Assembly: GCA_017610205.1 (NCBI GenBank)
Contig: JAFCCL010000008.1
Coordinates: 1 to 64,000 of the forward strand
From: Candidatus Iainarchaeum sp.
GTDB lineage: Archaea; Iainarchaeota; Iainarchaeia; Iainarchaeales; GCA-2688035
DNA length: 64,000 nt
Reading direction: 5' to 3'
Each line of letters begins with the position of its first letter. Positions within the stretch are counted from its first letter, which is position 1. Under the pieces are notes generated by a model. It did not search any database and was not told where the DNA came from. It saw only the letters and a program-made list of their open reading frames with translations. Of this stretch, positions 39,005 through 48,524 are shown in pieces. A program made the translations under genes and the position numbers.

Positions 39005-40198
39005 ATGACAATCTATTCCCATTCCCGCCTTGGCTCTTTTGAGTCCTGTCCAAAAAAGTTTTACTTTTCTTATATTGAAAAGCCCAGAATTGAGTACAGG
39101 GAGGGTGTTGAGGCTTTTATGGGCAAGCGTGTTCATGAAACCCTTGAAAAGCTTTATTCTGACCTTAGGGTAACAAAGTTTAATTCTTTGAAGGATTTGC
39201 TTTCCTTTTACGAAAAAGACTGGAAAAAGAATTGGACTGATTCAATCATAATAGTAAAAAAGGGATTGAAGCAAAAGCACTATTTTGACCTTGGCAAAAA
39301 ATGTGTTGAACAATATTATGCAAGGCACAAGCCTTTTGATGCAGATAAAACAATTGCCTGTGAGAAAAGGGTTGTTTTTTCTCTTGACAAAGGGGGAAAG
39401 TACAAAATGCAGGGCTATATTGACAGGCTAACAGAAGAGTCTCCAGGCCATTACGTTATTCACGACTATAAGACCAATGGAGCCTTGCCAATGCAGGACT
39501 ATTTTGACCAGGACAGACAGCTTGCATTGTATAGTATTGCTGTTTACAACGATTTCAAAGACTGTGAGGATGTAAACCTTTGCTGGCATTATCTTGCCTT
39601 TGACAAAGACCTTTTTAGCAAGAGAACAGAAAACCAGCTTGAAGGATTGAAAAAAGAAACGATTGCATTAATTCAAACAATTGAAAAAGCGGAGGAAAAA
39701 GGCGAGTTTCCAACAAAGGAGTCAAGATTGTGCGATTGGTGCTCTTACCAAGAACTCTGTCCTGCAAAAAAACACGGAGCAAAGGTTGAAAAGCTTCCTG
39801 TGAAAAAATTCAAAAAAGACGAAGGAGTAAAGCTGGTAAACAAATTTGTTAAACTCAGCGGAAAACTGAAAGAAACAGAAATAGAACTTGACGAACTAAA
39901 AGAAAACGTTTTTGCCTATGCAGAACAATTTGGATTGGAAAAGATTATTGGAAAAAAAGCAGCACTCAAAATAAGCAAAACATATAGCTACTCGTTTGCA
40001 GGACTAGGAAAAGAAGAAAAAGAAGAATTGATAGGAATTCTAAAAAAGGAAAAATTGCTCAAAAAGTTTTTGACGTTTGACACAAGGGCGTTGGGAAGTG
40101 CGGTGGTGAAAGAAGAATTAGGGAAAGGGATAATTAAGGAAGTTAAAGAGTTTGGGAAGGAAAAGGAAAGTAAAGGTGTTAGGTTGGTGGGGAAATAG
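39005..40198 (+). CDS. RecB-family PD-(D/E)XK nuclease with Fe-S staple cysteines
   Basis: YSHSRL..FESCP, GYIDRL, HDYKT, QLALY, LCDWC..QELCP. Confidence 0.9.
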   Translation: MTIYSHSRLGSFESCPKKFYFSYIEKPRIEYREGVEAFMGKRVHETLEKLYSDLRVTKFNSLKDLLSFYEKDWKKNWTDSIIIVKKGLKQKHYFDLGKKCVEQYYARHKPFDADKTIACEKRVVFSLDKGGKYKMQGYIDRLTEESPGHYVIHDYKTNGALPMQDYFDQDRQLALYSIAVYNDFKDCEDVNLCWHYLAFDKDLFSKRTENQLEGLKKETIALIQTIEKAEEKGEFPTKESRLCDWCSYQELCPAKKHGAKVEKLPVKKFKKDEGVKLVNKFVKLSGKLKETEIELDELKENVFAYAEQFGLEKIIGKKAALKISKTYSYSFAGLGKEEKEELIGILKKEKLLKKFLTFDTRALGSAVVKEELGKGIIKEVKEFGKEKESKGVRLVGK

Positions 40199-40285
40199 GT
40201 TTTAAACTTCCTCAAACAATTCTTCTCCACCCTGTTCCTAGTATGCCATATCACATACTTCCTAGGAAAACACAACAACATTCAA

Positions 40286-40324
40286 TCAAGAGAACTAATA
40301 TCAAGAGCAGCATGGAATGAATGG
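40286..40324 (+). repeat. 39-bp direct repeat, copy 2
   Basis: tcaagagaactaatatcaagagcagcatggaatgaatgg. Confidence 0.85.
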
Positions 40325-40386
40325 GTTGATTTTGTTCTAATTGGACCTTTGTAGGTTAATTAAATGTTTTGTATGGAAATTAATTC

Positions 40387-41112
40387 ATGCTTAGCTATAA
40401 GGATTTTGTTAAAAGGTTGAATGAAATCAAATCTCGTGGTTGGATTAAAACACATCGCGCAGGTCCAACCGGAATCGGAAAAACGCTTGAGGACTTACTT
40501 GATATTGATGAAAACAACATTGCTGGTCCAGACCATAAACATTTTGAGCTAAAATCAGCAAGAAAAAGCAGCCAGAGTATGTTAACACTCTTTACTAAAG
40601 CTCCTTTGCCAAAAAAGGCAAATGCGGATTTACTGAGTAAATTTGGTTATGTTTCAGCTAAGGGCAACAACAAAAAGGAGATTCATACAACCGTTAACTG
40701 TCTTGAATTCAATAAACTTAAAGGACTGCCAGGTTTTAAGATTGAGGTGCGAGAAGATGAAGATAAAATGGTTCTTATTGATACAAGAAACAGTGTTCTT
40801 GGATACTGGGATAAACTTACTTTGAAAAGTGCTTTTGTGAAAAAATATCCTGCATTAATGTATGTCAAAGCAGATAGTCGAGGAACAGATAAAAACGAGG
40901 AATTTTTTTTCAATGAAGCGTATATGCTGAAGGGTTTTGATTTTGATAATTTTTTGGACCTGGTTGAAAAAGGAACAATAAAAGTTGATGTTAGAATAGG
41001 ACAGTATAGTAGTGGAAAAAGCAAAGGTAAGACACACGACCACGGAACAGGATTCAGAATAAAGCCTGAAAAGTTGGACTTGTGCTTTGGACAGAGGAAA
41101 AAAATAATATAA
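40387..41112 (+). CDS. MvaI/BcnI-family type II restriction endonuclease
   Basis: R.G.TGIGKTLEDLL.I.ENN..PD..ELKS, LTLFTK, HDHGTGFRI. Confidence 0.9.
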   Translation: MLSYKDFVKRLNEIKSRGWIKTHRAGPTGIGKTLEDLLDIDENNIAGPDHKHFELKSARKSSQSMLTLFTKAPLPKKANADLLSKFGYVSAKGNNKKEIHTTVNCLEFNKLKGLPGFKIEVREDEDKMVLIDTRNSVLGYWDKLTLKSAFVKKYPALMYVKADSRGTDKNEEFFFNEAYMLKGFDFDNFLDLVEKGTIKVDVRIGQYSSGKSKGKTHDHGTGFRIKPEKLDLCFGQRKKII

Positions 41113-41164
41113 ACCATTTTTACGACAATGGCCAAAGTTTTTTGTTGATTAAAAAAGATTTGTT

Positions 41165-41878
41165 TTGGCTACTTTTTTAATGAGTGAGAACTATAGGAAT
41201 GTAGATTGGCTTAGTAGTGTGTGGAGAATAACCACTGAAAATCCATCTATTCAAAAGTTTAAATTAGACATATCTGCTGCGCATCCTGCTGCGTTCCCTG
41301 AAGAATTAGCCTATCGGTTGATTTATTTATACAGCAAACCAGAAGATTTTGTTCTAGACCCTTTCTGTGGCATTGGCACAACCAACTTTATTGCTTTGAG
41401 CTTGAATAGAAAAACAATTGGTTATGATATTGAATCCAAATACATTGCAATTGCACAAAAACGATGTAAAGAACAAGCAAGACTTTTTTGTAAATCATCT
41501 GAAAGCATGAATGAATTAGCACCTAATAGTATTCAACTCTGCATTACAAGTCCGCCTTATTTAAATGCCAGAATTTATTCTACCAATTCAAATAATATTG
41601 GAAACATGGCTAATCCAATACCTTCATTAAAACAAATTTTTCAAGAAGTATACAGAGTGCTAAAACCTAAAGGGTATTTTTGTCTGAATGTAGCAAATAT
41701 TGCTGAGCACGGCTATCTCAAAACTTTTCCTTTTGACCTGATTAATCTATGCATGGATGCAGGGTTCAAGTTTAGAAGTAGTGTCATATGGGACAAAGGA
41801 ATAAAAATAAAGGAATGGAATCTTAGGTATAATGAAGTAGCAGAAAATCACGAGTATGTTTGGATATTTAAAAAGTAA
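41165..41878 (+). CDS. Compact amino-methyltransferase (SPPY, probably N4-cytosine), permuted motif order
   Basis: HPAAFP..DPFCGIGTT precede ITSPPY..RVLKP.G..HEYVWIF. Confidence 0.85.
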   Translation: MATFLMSENYRNVDWLSSVWRITTENPSIQKFKLDISAAHPAAFPEELAYRLIYLYSKPEDFVLDPFCGIGTTNFIALSLNRKTIGYDIESKYIAIAQKRCKEQARLFCKSSESMNELAPNSIQLCITSPPYLNARIYSTNSNNIGNMANPIPSLKQIFQEVYRVLKPKGYFCLNVANIAEHGYLKTFPFDLINLCMDAGFKFRSSVIWDKGIKIKEWNLRYNEVAENHEYVWIFKK

Positions 41879-41916
41879 AAAAAACAGATTCTGGTTATTT
41901 TGTGCTATTTTTAGTA

Positions 41917-42102
41917 TTAATCTAGAACAGGGCAAGTTCTGCATTGTTTACAATTTTTATCTGGTTTTTCAGGACAATCGGGATACAAACCTTTGCAATT
42001 TGGAAATCCCGCCGATTTTGCGCTTTCAATTGTTTTCTCAGCATCTGTTTTAATCGTGTTGTAAATTTTTCTCCGTTCTCTTTCGCTACTATAATAAGTC
42101 AT
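41917..42102 (-). CDS. Small Cys-rich protein
   Basis: CKGLYPDCP..CKQCRTCP; 6 bp downstream of the co-oriented MTase. Confidence 0.55.
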   Translation of the reverse strand: MTYYSSERERRKIYNTIKTDAEKTIESAKSAGFPNCKGLYPDCPEKPDKNCKQCRTCPVLD

Positions 42103-42108
42103 ACATTT

Positions 42109-43344
42109 TCACCGTTTCAATAGTACAATATGTTCCTCATTCATTGTTGAAGAAAGAACCCCTGGTTTGTTTGTTGGGCTATTAACCCTTGGCATTCTTT
42201 TTGAAGGGATGTGTCTAATACTTGTCTTGTCATGGTTGAAGTTGAATTCTTTAAATAATTCTATAATAATTTTGTCCATTGGTATTTTTACTCCTTTGAC
42301 AGTTCTATTGCCCACCACAAAACACATTCTTGAATTGTCTTTCATAATACGATTTATTTCTTCAGCTGCTTTATAGAAATCTGAAAAAAAACCTAATACA
42401 TCTCTTGCTCTTTTTTCATCTTCTTTTGATATTGTTGAAATTGTTGTATCAAGTATTTTTGAGGGTAAAGAATGTGTGAGTACTTTTGGAGCTATTCCGC
42501 CCATCATTACATTATCCATGCGCTTTGCTTTTTTCTCATCACATCCAAGCCATTGTGAACTTAATCTACTGAATTGCCCATAAGCTACTGTGGTTCTACT
42601 GTCTCCGTAAGGTGGGGATGTTACTAGTAAATCAGTTGAAGATGTCCAAATTTTTGTTTTTTTGGTAAGGTCTGCTTCTATTATATTCACAGAGGGGCTT
42701 TTGTTTTTTTGTAAGGCATTGTATAAACATTCCATTGCTTGTCGATTTTTCTCAAAGACTGTTTGAAAAATTAGTTTGGCATCAGGAGCATAATTTTTCA
42801 GTTTTTCTTCTTTAATACGGTAAAGTTTGAATTCACCGCCTCTGGTATTGCTTGCCTTTCTAACAGTTTCACTAAAGCAAACTAAAAAGAAATCTCGTAT
42901 TTTCTTATCCTTAATTTCATCAATTGCTTGCTTTATTGCTGTTAATGCTAATTTTGCTTCTTCTTTGAACCAAAAATCAATATTAAAAAAAACCGGTGGT
43001 TGAATTTTTTTCTCATTACTGAGGTGATAAATTTTGGGTTTTAAGTTCATCCACGTCTCAAAAAGACTTGAAGGTTTTACTGGTGTTGTTTTGACTTTAC
43101 TAATAAGTGTGGCTAAAGGATTTATATCGACACCATAACTTTTAATTCCTGCTAACTTAAATTCCAATAGAACACTTCCTGAACCACAAAATGGATCAAG
43201 ACCAACTTTGGCACTAGTACTATTTTCTTTAATTAGTCTTTTTGCTACTTGCGGAATCATCATTGCGGGATAAGTGTGTATGCCATGAGTGTAATATTTT
43301 GTATTTGCTTTAGCAAAATCCCAACTATGATCAATTTTTTTCAT
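42109..43344 (-). CDS. M.MvaI-like N4-cytosine methyltransferase
   Basis: HGIHTYPAMMIPQVA, DPFCGSG, TSPPYGDSRTTVAYGQFSRL, VVGNRTV. Confidence 0.92.
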   Translation of the reverse strand: MKKIDHSWDFAKANTKYYTHGIHTYPAMMIPQVAKRLIKENSTSAKVGLDPFCGSGSVLLEFKLAGIKSYGVDINPLATLISKVKTTPVKPSSLFETWMNLKPKIYHLSNEKKIQPPVFFNIDFWFKEEAKLALTAIKQAIDEIKDKKIRDFFLVCFSETVRKASNTRGGEFKLYRIKEEKLKNYAPDAKLIFQTVFEKNRQAMECLYNALQKNKSPSVNIIEADLTKKTKIWTSSTDLLVTSPPYGDSRTTVAYGQFSRLSSQWLGCDEKKAKRMDNVMMGGIAPKVLTHSLPSKILDTTISTISKEDEKRARDVLGFFSDFYKAAEEINRIMKDNSRMCFVVGNRTVKGVKIPMDKIIIELFKEFNFNHDKTSIRHIPSKRMPRVNSPTNKPGVLSSTMNEEHIVLLKR

Positions 43345-43417
43345 AGAAACACACCTATCAATATAATTAACTTCAGATTAAATGTTTTTTGGAAGAGGGG
43401 GTTTCCGCTAAACATTT

Positions 43418-43579
43418 TTAAACCACTCCCATCCCGATCATCATTCCAACCATCAACACCACCGCATACTTCCCTACCTTATAGGCCCAGTCATTCCAGC
43501 CGTACATATAGAAAACTGCTACATAACCGACTGCTAACCAAGAAAAAAGATGAAGCCAGGGGAAAAGGTCGGAAGGCAT
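43418..43579 (-). CDS. 53-aa 2-TM membrane protein
   Basis: MPSDLFPWLHLFSWLAVGYVAVFYMYGWNDWAYKVGKYAVVLMVGMMIGMGVV; below ORF-track cutoff. Confidence 0.55.
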   Translation of the reverse strand: MPSDLFPWLHLFSWLAVGYVAVFYMYGWNDWAYKVGKYAVVLMVGMMIGMGVV

Positions 43580-43632
43580 TTTGTGTCACTTCATATAATA
43601 TGAATAATATGTATTATAAAAGTTCTTTTAAA

Positions 43633-43652
43633 CCTATGCATAGGATATGCAT
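43633..43652. promoter_or_regulatory. Operator: palindrome CCTATGCATAGG plus a second TATGCAT 11 bp later
   Basis: Lies between TTTTAAA box and start of the RHH gene. Confidence 0.65.
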
Positions 43653-43655
43653 TGT

Positions 43656-43784
43656 ATGGGTGAAGGAAAATACATCAGAAAAACAATCACGATTAAATCA
43701 GCGCAGGAAAAGTATATTCAAGATAAATCAATAAACCTAAGCAGGTTTGTTCAGAAAAAGATTGATGAGGAAAGGAAAGGTTGA
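43656..43784 (+). CDS. 42-aa ribbon-helix-helix-like regulator
   Basis: YIRKTITIKSAQEKYIQDKSINLSRFVQKKIDEE; below ORF-track cutoff. Confidence 0.7.
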   Translation: MGEGKYIRKTITIKSAQEKYIQDKSINLSRFVQKKIDEERKG

Positions 43785-43791
43785 TGGATGT

Positions 43792-45117
43792 ATGGTTACA
43801 ACTAAGATAATCTTTTTAACAGATCTTAATGTAAACACGGAAAATTCGCGCTTTGACCCATTAACAAGTCAGAAAGAAGCTATTGATAAAATGATTGAGA
43901 ATCAAGGCGATAAACTTTATAATCTGGCAAAGGACATCGCGCAATATGGTCTCAATCCAAATGTAAGGGCACAAGTCACCGCTATTGATAAAGATGCGAC
44001 GAAGTTTATTGTTCTTGAAGGGAATAGAAGAATTGTCACATTAAAACTTATGGCAAATCCAGATATAATAGATACTCCAGTAAGAAGCACACTAAAAAAG
44101 AAGTTTCAGAATCTTCACAATAAGATTAAAGACAATTTGATAGACAAAGTAGAATGTAACTATTATGCTGACCCCAAAGATGCAGAACATTGGATTGGCA
44201 TTAAACATGGTTATGGCCCACAAGGAGTAAGTACTGTTAAATGGGATGCTTGGCAAAAAACTCGCTATGAAGAGTCTATTGGTGGAAAATCTAAGATTGT
44301 TTTTCAGACTATTAAACTGCTAAAAGATTCTCCCTATATCTCTAAAAAAATAAAAAATGATATCCCAAATATAAAATTAACAAACTTGCATAGATTAGTT
44401 TCAGATCCTTCTGTGAGAGATTTTTTAGGTTTAGAATATAGTAAAGGTATTCTCAAATCAAAAATTGATGAGAAAGAGTTAATGAAAGGATTAGCAAAAG
44501 TTGTAGAAGATTGCGCAAATCCAAAATTTACAGTAAATGATATATACACTAAAAAAATTCGGAAAGATTATATTGATAGTTTTCCTGCTGAAAGTACTCC
44601 TAATAAAGATAAAAAAATTGATGGTAAGTCAACTTCTGCAAAATCAAAAAAAACTAGAAAAAAAGCGCCCTATAGAACAAAATTAATTCCAGGCTCTTGT
44701 AAACTGTCTGTTAGTAACCCCAAAATTAATTCTATTTATGATGAATTACAAAAATTAAATATTGAGACTTACCAAAACGCTGTTTCGGTATTATTTAGAG
44801 TCTTTATTGAATTGAGCCTGGACACTTTCCTAGAAAATAAAAAAATGATAGAGGGTGTATCAGCAGCAAAAGAAAGATTGACACTTAACAAAAAGCTCAT
44901 TAAAGTATTAGGTTATCTGACTGATAAGGGTTTTATAGATGCCACTATTAGTAAAGGCATTAGAGTAGCGGTGAGCAATAAGGATCATTTGTTAGGAATT
45001 GACACTTGGCATGCTTATGTCCACAGCAACCAATTTTCAGCAACCCCAAAAGATTTAATTACCACCTGGGGCAACATCCAAATTTTTGTAGAAAAAGTTT
45101 GGGAAAACATTAAGTGA
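43792..45117 (+). CDS. ParB/Srx-like N-domain plus HEPN-like C-domain protein
   Basis: NSRF..LAKDIAQYGLNP..VLEGNRRIVTLK; NAVSVLFRVFIELSLD..WHAYVH. Confidence 0.75.
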   Translation: MVTTKIIFLTDLNVNTENSRFDPLTSQKEAIDKMIENQGDKLYNLAKDIAQYGLNPNVRAQVTAIDKDATKFIVLEGNRRIVTLKLMANPDIIDTPVRSTLKKKFQNLHNKIKDNLIDKVECNYYADPKDAEHWIGIKHGYGPQGVSTVKWDAWQKTRYEESIGGKSKIVFQTIKLLKDSPYISKKIKNDIPNIKLTNLHRLVSDPSVRDFLGLEYSKGILKSKIDEKELMKGLAKVVEDCANPKFTVNDIYTKKIRKDYIDSFPAESTPNKDKKIDGKSTSAKSKKTRKKAPYRTKLIPGSCKLSVSNPKINSIYDELQKLNIETYQNAVSVLFRVFIELSLDTFLENKKMIEGVSAAKERLTLNKKLIKVLGYLTDKGFIDATISKGIRVAVSNKDHLLGIDTWHAYVHSNQFSATPKDLITTWGNIQIFVEKVWENIK

Positions 45118-45121
45118 TTTT

Positions 45122-45970
45122 ATGGGTGTTTATTCTCCGTTAAGATATCCGGGTGGAAAGGGAAAAATTTCGCCTTATTTTAAACAAATTATAAAGGATA
45201 ATTTGTTGTTTGATGGGGTTTATGTTGAGCCCTATGCAGGTGGCGCGGCTGTTGCTCTTTCGTTGCTTTTTGATGAATATGTTTCTAAAATAATAATTAA
45301 TGACATTGATCGTTCAATCTATGCTTTTTGGTATTCAATTCTAAATGAAACCGAGAAGTTTTGTAAACTTATACAAAAAACACCCGTAACTATTGGTGTT
45401 TGGAAGAAACAGAAAAAAATACAAACTTTTAAGAAAAAATGTGGTCTGCTCGAACTTGGATTTTCAACTTTTTTTTTAAATCGAACTAATCGCTCAGGAA
45501 TTTTAAACGCAGGTGTTATTGGCGGATTAAAACAAGCGGGTGAATGGAAAATTAATGCGCGATATAATAAAAAAGAACTGATAAGGCGTATTAAAAAAAT
45601 TTCTTTGTATAAAAACCAAATCCAATTATATAATTATGATGCTTCAAAATTAGTTAAATTGCTTTGTAAAACTCTTCCAAAGAACACTTTATTTTATTTT
45701 GACCCGCCTTACTATATCAAAGGTAAAAATCTTTATCTAAATCATTATGCCTATAATGACCACAAAGAAATTGCTAAGGATATCCATGCTTTAAAAAACC
45801 AAAAATGGATACTAACCTATGACAATGTAAAACCAATTAAAGAATTATATCTAGCTTATCGACAAAAAAAATACAACCTACACTATAGTGCGGGAAAGTC
45901 AGAAACTGGACGAGAATTGATGATTTTTTCAAATAATTTATCCATCACAAAGAATCCAATATTAGCTTGA
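45122..45970 (+). CDS. Dam-like (D12 class) N6-adenine DNA methyltransferase
   Basis: SPLRYPGGK, EPYAGGA, INDID, FFLNRT, DPPYY. Confidence 0.93.
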   Translation: MGVYSPLRYPGGKGKISPYFKQIIKDNLLFDGVYVEPYAGGAAVALSLLFDEYVSKIIINDIDRSIYAFWYSILNETEKFCKLIQKTPVTIGVWKKQKKIQTFKKKCGLLELGFSTFFLNRTNRSGILNAGVIGGLKQAGEWKINARYNKKELIRRIKKISLYKNQIQLYNYDASKLVKLLCKTLPKNTLFYFDPPYYIKGKNLYLNHYAYNDHKEIAKDIHALKNQKWILTYDNVKPIKELYLAYRQKKYNLHYSAGKSETGRELMIFSNNLSITKNPILA

Positions 45971-46020
45971 CCTTGGTTTTCTAACAGATTATGACTTTTC
46001 TTCTTAGACAACAACCCAAA

Positions 46021-46791
46021 TCACGTTGCTTCTATATCAACAAAAAATTCTGCAAAGACTGCAGATTGTGAAGTTGATATTTTTCCTGAAACATTACAAT
46101 CATTTGTAACATCGAGATTTTGTTTTTCTATTTCAAAATGAAACGCTTTAAATTCACCACTTTTCAGTAGCTTCCCTTCAACACCCTTTATATATTGATT
46201 GCCAGTAGGTTCTGAAAAATCTCCTTTTATGTTCCCACCAAGACAATTTAAGTAAACATCAAAATTTGGTTTCCTTGCGGGAATTTGCAATATTAATGGC
46301 TGTTGCCCAGTGTTATAAACACGAATTATACCCTCAACTTTGTCGTTTACAGATGAGGTAATAAGTTTTCCATCTTTAGTTAAATCTCGCTCAAACACTG
46401 CTTCTAATCGCGGATGTAAATAAGCTGTTTCTTCAGTTACTTTACTTAAGTCATTAGTAGCCAAAACTAAGCCTATAGTTGCAACTATTAAACCAATAGC
46501 AAAAATCACTTGAAAAATGCTAATAATAGTCTGCTTAGATGACTGCTTGAGCTGTTTCTCTAAAATCCTTCGATGTATTTCAAAACGATAAACTTCAGCA
46601 TCTAATCCACTTTTGTTAGCAAGTGAATAAACTTGTAATAGTTCTTTATCACTTAGTTCAATAGCAGATTTAGCTAACAAATCAGCATACTCTAACCCTA
46701 TAATACCACCTTTTTCAACTACTGGCTTTTTCTTTTTGTTAATATCGGCTTTCTTTGCGAAATGCTTTTGCCAAGGTTCTGAATGTGCCAT
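46021..46791 (-). CDS. Single-TM membrane protein with extracellular beta domain
   Basis: Central hydrophobic helix. Confidence 0.7.
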   Translation of the reverse strand: MAHSEPWQKHFAKKADINKKKKPVVEKGGIIGLEYADLLAKSAIELSDKELLQVYSLANKSGLDAEVYRFEIHRRILEKQLKQSSKQTIISIFQVIFAIGLIVATIGLVLATNDLSKVTEETAYLHPRLEAVFERDLTKDGKLITSSVNDKVEGIIRVYNTGQQPLILQIPARKPNFDVYLNCLGGNIKGDFSEPTGNQYIKGVEGKLLKSGEFKAFHFEIEKQNLDVTNDCNVSGKISTSQSAVFAEFFVDIEAT

Positions 46792-46889
46792 CTCAAATCA
46801 CTTATTTTATCCTATGAAATTCCTTTAAATTTGTCTTTTTCTCAAATCCCGACCCGCGCCCAATTCTCTGGGTCTGTGTTAAGGTAATC

Positions 46890-47160
46890 TCACTTAAACA
46901 TTCTTTTCAGCTTTTGCCACAGCGAAGGCTTGTCAATTTTTGCAAAGAATTCTTTGCGTTCTTTTTCTCTTTGTAGTTTGAATTCATCACCATAACCTTC
47001 ATAAGGAACAGGTTCAGGTTTGTTAGGCTTTTTTTCTTTCTTAAACTTACTGCCTATTTTGGCGTGTCTTCCAAACTTTTTGGTAAGTAGTTTGTCTTCT
47101 TCTTCGTCTGGGTCGTCAACAAAATCGAAACGTCCTCCAGTTATTCTACGGCTACCCATC
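46890..47160 (-). CDS. Small charged hypothetical protein
   Basis: ORF directly after 47165 gene. Confidence 0.5.
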
Positions 47161-47164
47161 CAAA

Positions 47165-47356
47165 TCACTTCCCTATTTCTTCAAATCTCCTCATGGCTTC
47201 TAAAAGAAGCACTATTGCTAAAGAACCAATTGTTATGCCTGCAACAAGATAAGAATCGAGAGATATTTGTGCTGTTATAATCAGAAGTGCTTCAACACCT
47301 AAGCCCAAACCAATTGCTCCAAAGATAGCAAGTCTAATACTTTTAATTTTATTCAT
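47165..47356 (-). CDS. Small 2-TM protein
   Basis: GGAGA SD; two hydrophobic helices. Confidence 0.6.
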   Translation of the reverse strand: MNKIKSIRLAIFGAIGLGLGVEALLIITAQISLDSYLVAGITIGSLAIVLLLEAMRRFEEIGK

Positions 47357-47450
47357 TTAATTGTTATCTCCTTGACTAATTTTGCTACAAAATCCCTTTA
47401 AATTTGCGTTTTCCCAAAAACCCAGTCCATACCCTACATACCAAATTTTA

Positions 47451-48341
47451 TTAATAAACACCTAATACAGTTTGCTTCTCCGAATTGATTATACTTTTAG
47501 GAAAACAATTAATTCGGCGATATAAACTATAGGTGTTGTTACTCAATCGTTTAAATCGATCTTCTAGCCCTTTTTTAGAAATATACCTTACTGATTTTAG
47601 CAAGACCATATTTTTTTGAAGAATGTCTTCAACAAAAGGTATTTTGTTAACTATTTGAGGCAGTATTTCGCGATAATCTCCCACCATTGCGCAATCATTT
47701 AGAAATCTATAGTGGCATTTTTCTCTAATTCGTCTTAATTCGTTTAACTGAGTCAAATCTACACTTGGTAATTCTACTCCGTTTTTTGTTAGTCCCTCAA
47801 AAGTAAAGAATAGGTTTTGGTGCCAACGACCTGTTTTACCTACTTTAAGATCGTCATTTATAAAACTCTTTTTCTTTTTTAATTCCCAGTCTTCTTTTTG
47901 GCGAACAAGAAAATAATCTTCATTTTCGGTGTCTCCCCTTAAGGAAATGCAGCCAAATAACGAGAACATGGAAATTAGAGAAGTTATTGCCGCATAATAA
48001 AGTGTTGGCCCACTTGTCCCAATTGCATAATTTAGAAGAAATTTTTTCCCAATCCGGTCTCTCGAACAAGAAGCATTGAGAATTTCTAAACTTCCCCAAA
48101 ACTTATTTATTGCTTCATTCAATTGGTGATTACTTCTAGAAAATGAAAATACTGTAAAAAATTCCTGATTCGCTTTTGAGAAATTTTCTGTGGTTTTATT
48201 CTCGGAATCAAATGACAATATTCGTCCTACTCCTCTATTTATGCTTGAAGAACTGCCACGTTCCCAGTCCCAATAGTTCTGGTGCTCTAACGACTCAAAA
48301 AGTTTCTTTATTTCTTCGACTTTTTTAGGGTATACTGGCAT
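47451..48341 (-). CDS. HEPN-like domain protein
   Basis: LYYAA.., WHQ and LRRIREKCHY (Rx4-6H). Confidence 0.6.
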   Translation of the reverse strand: MPVYPKKVEEIKKLFESLEHQNYWDWERGSSSSINRGVGRILSFDSENKTTENFSKANQEFFTVFSFSRSNHQLNEAINKFWGSLEILNASCSRDRIGKKFLLNYAIGTSGPTLYYAAITSLISMFSLFGCISLRGDTENEDYFLVRQKEDWELKKKKSFINDDLKVGKTGRWHQNLFFTFEGLTKNGVELPSVDLTQLNELRRIREKCHYRFLNDCAMVGDYREILPQIVNKIPFVEDILQKNMVLLKSVRYISKKGLEDRFKRLSNNTYSLYRRINCFPKSIINSEKQTVLGVY

Positions 48342-48524
48342 ATAGTATTCCTCTCTAGAAAAGTTTAAAGTTGCTTGGAAAAAATATTTAGAGTTATTGA
48401 GTTGCGAGGGACGCCTTATCTTCTATTAACATCACCGGCCAATGTGCCAATTCCAATTTTATTTTTTTTATTTTTTTTGTTTGCAGTTAATCACTTTTAA
48501 TACTTTTCAGGGGTTAATTTTTTC

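Noticed and set aside
39005-40198. CRISPR Cas4
   Set aside because: Longer RecB-family protein with no cas1, cas2 or array nearby
43515-43538. Additional TACATAAC and ACTGCTAAC sites
   Set aside because: They lie inside a plausible 53-aa membrane ORF, so may be coincidental; not counted
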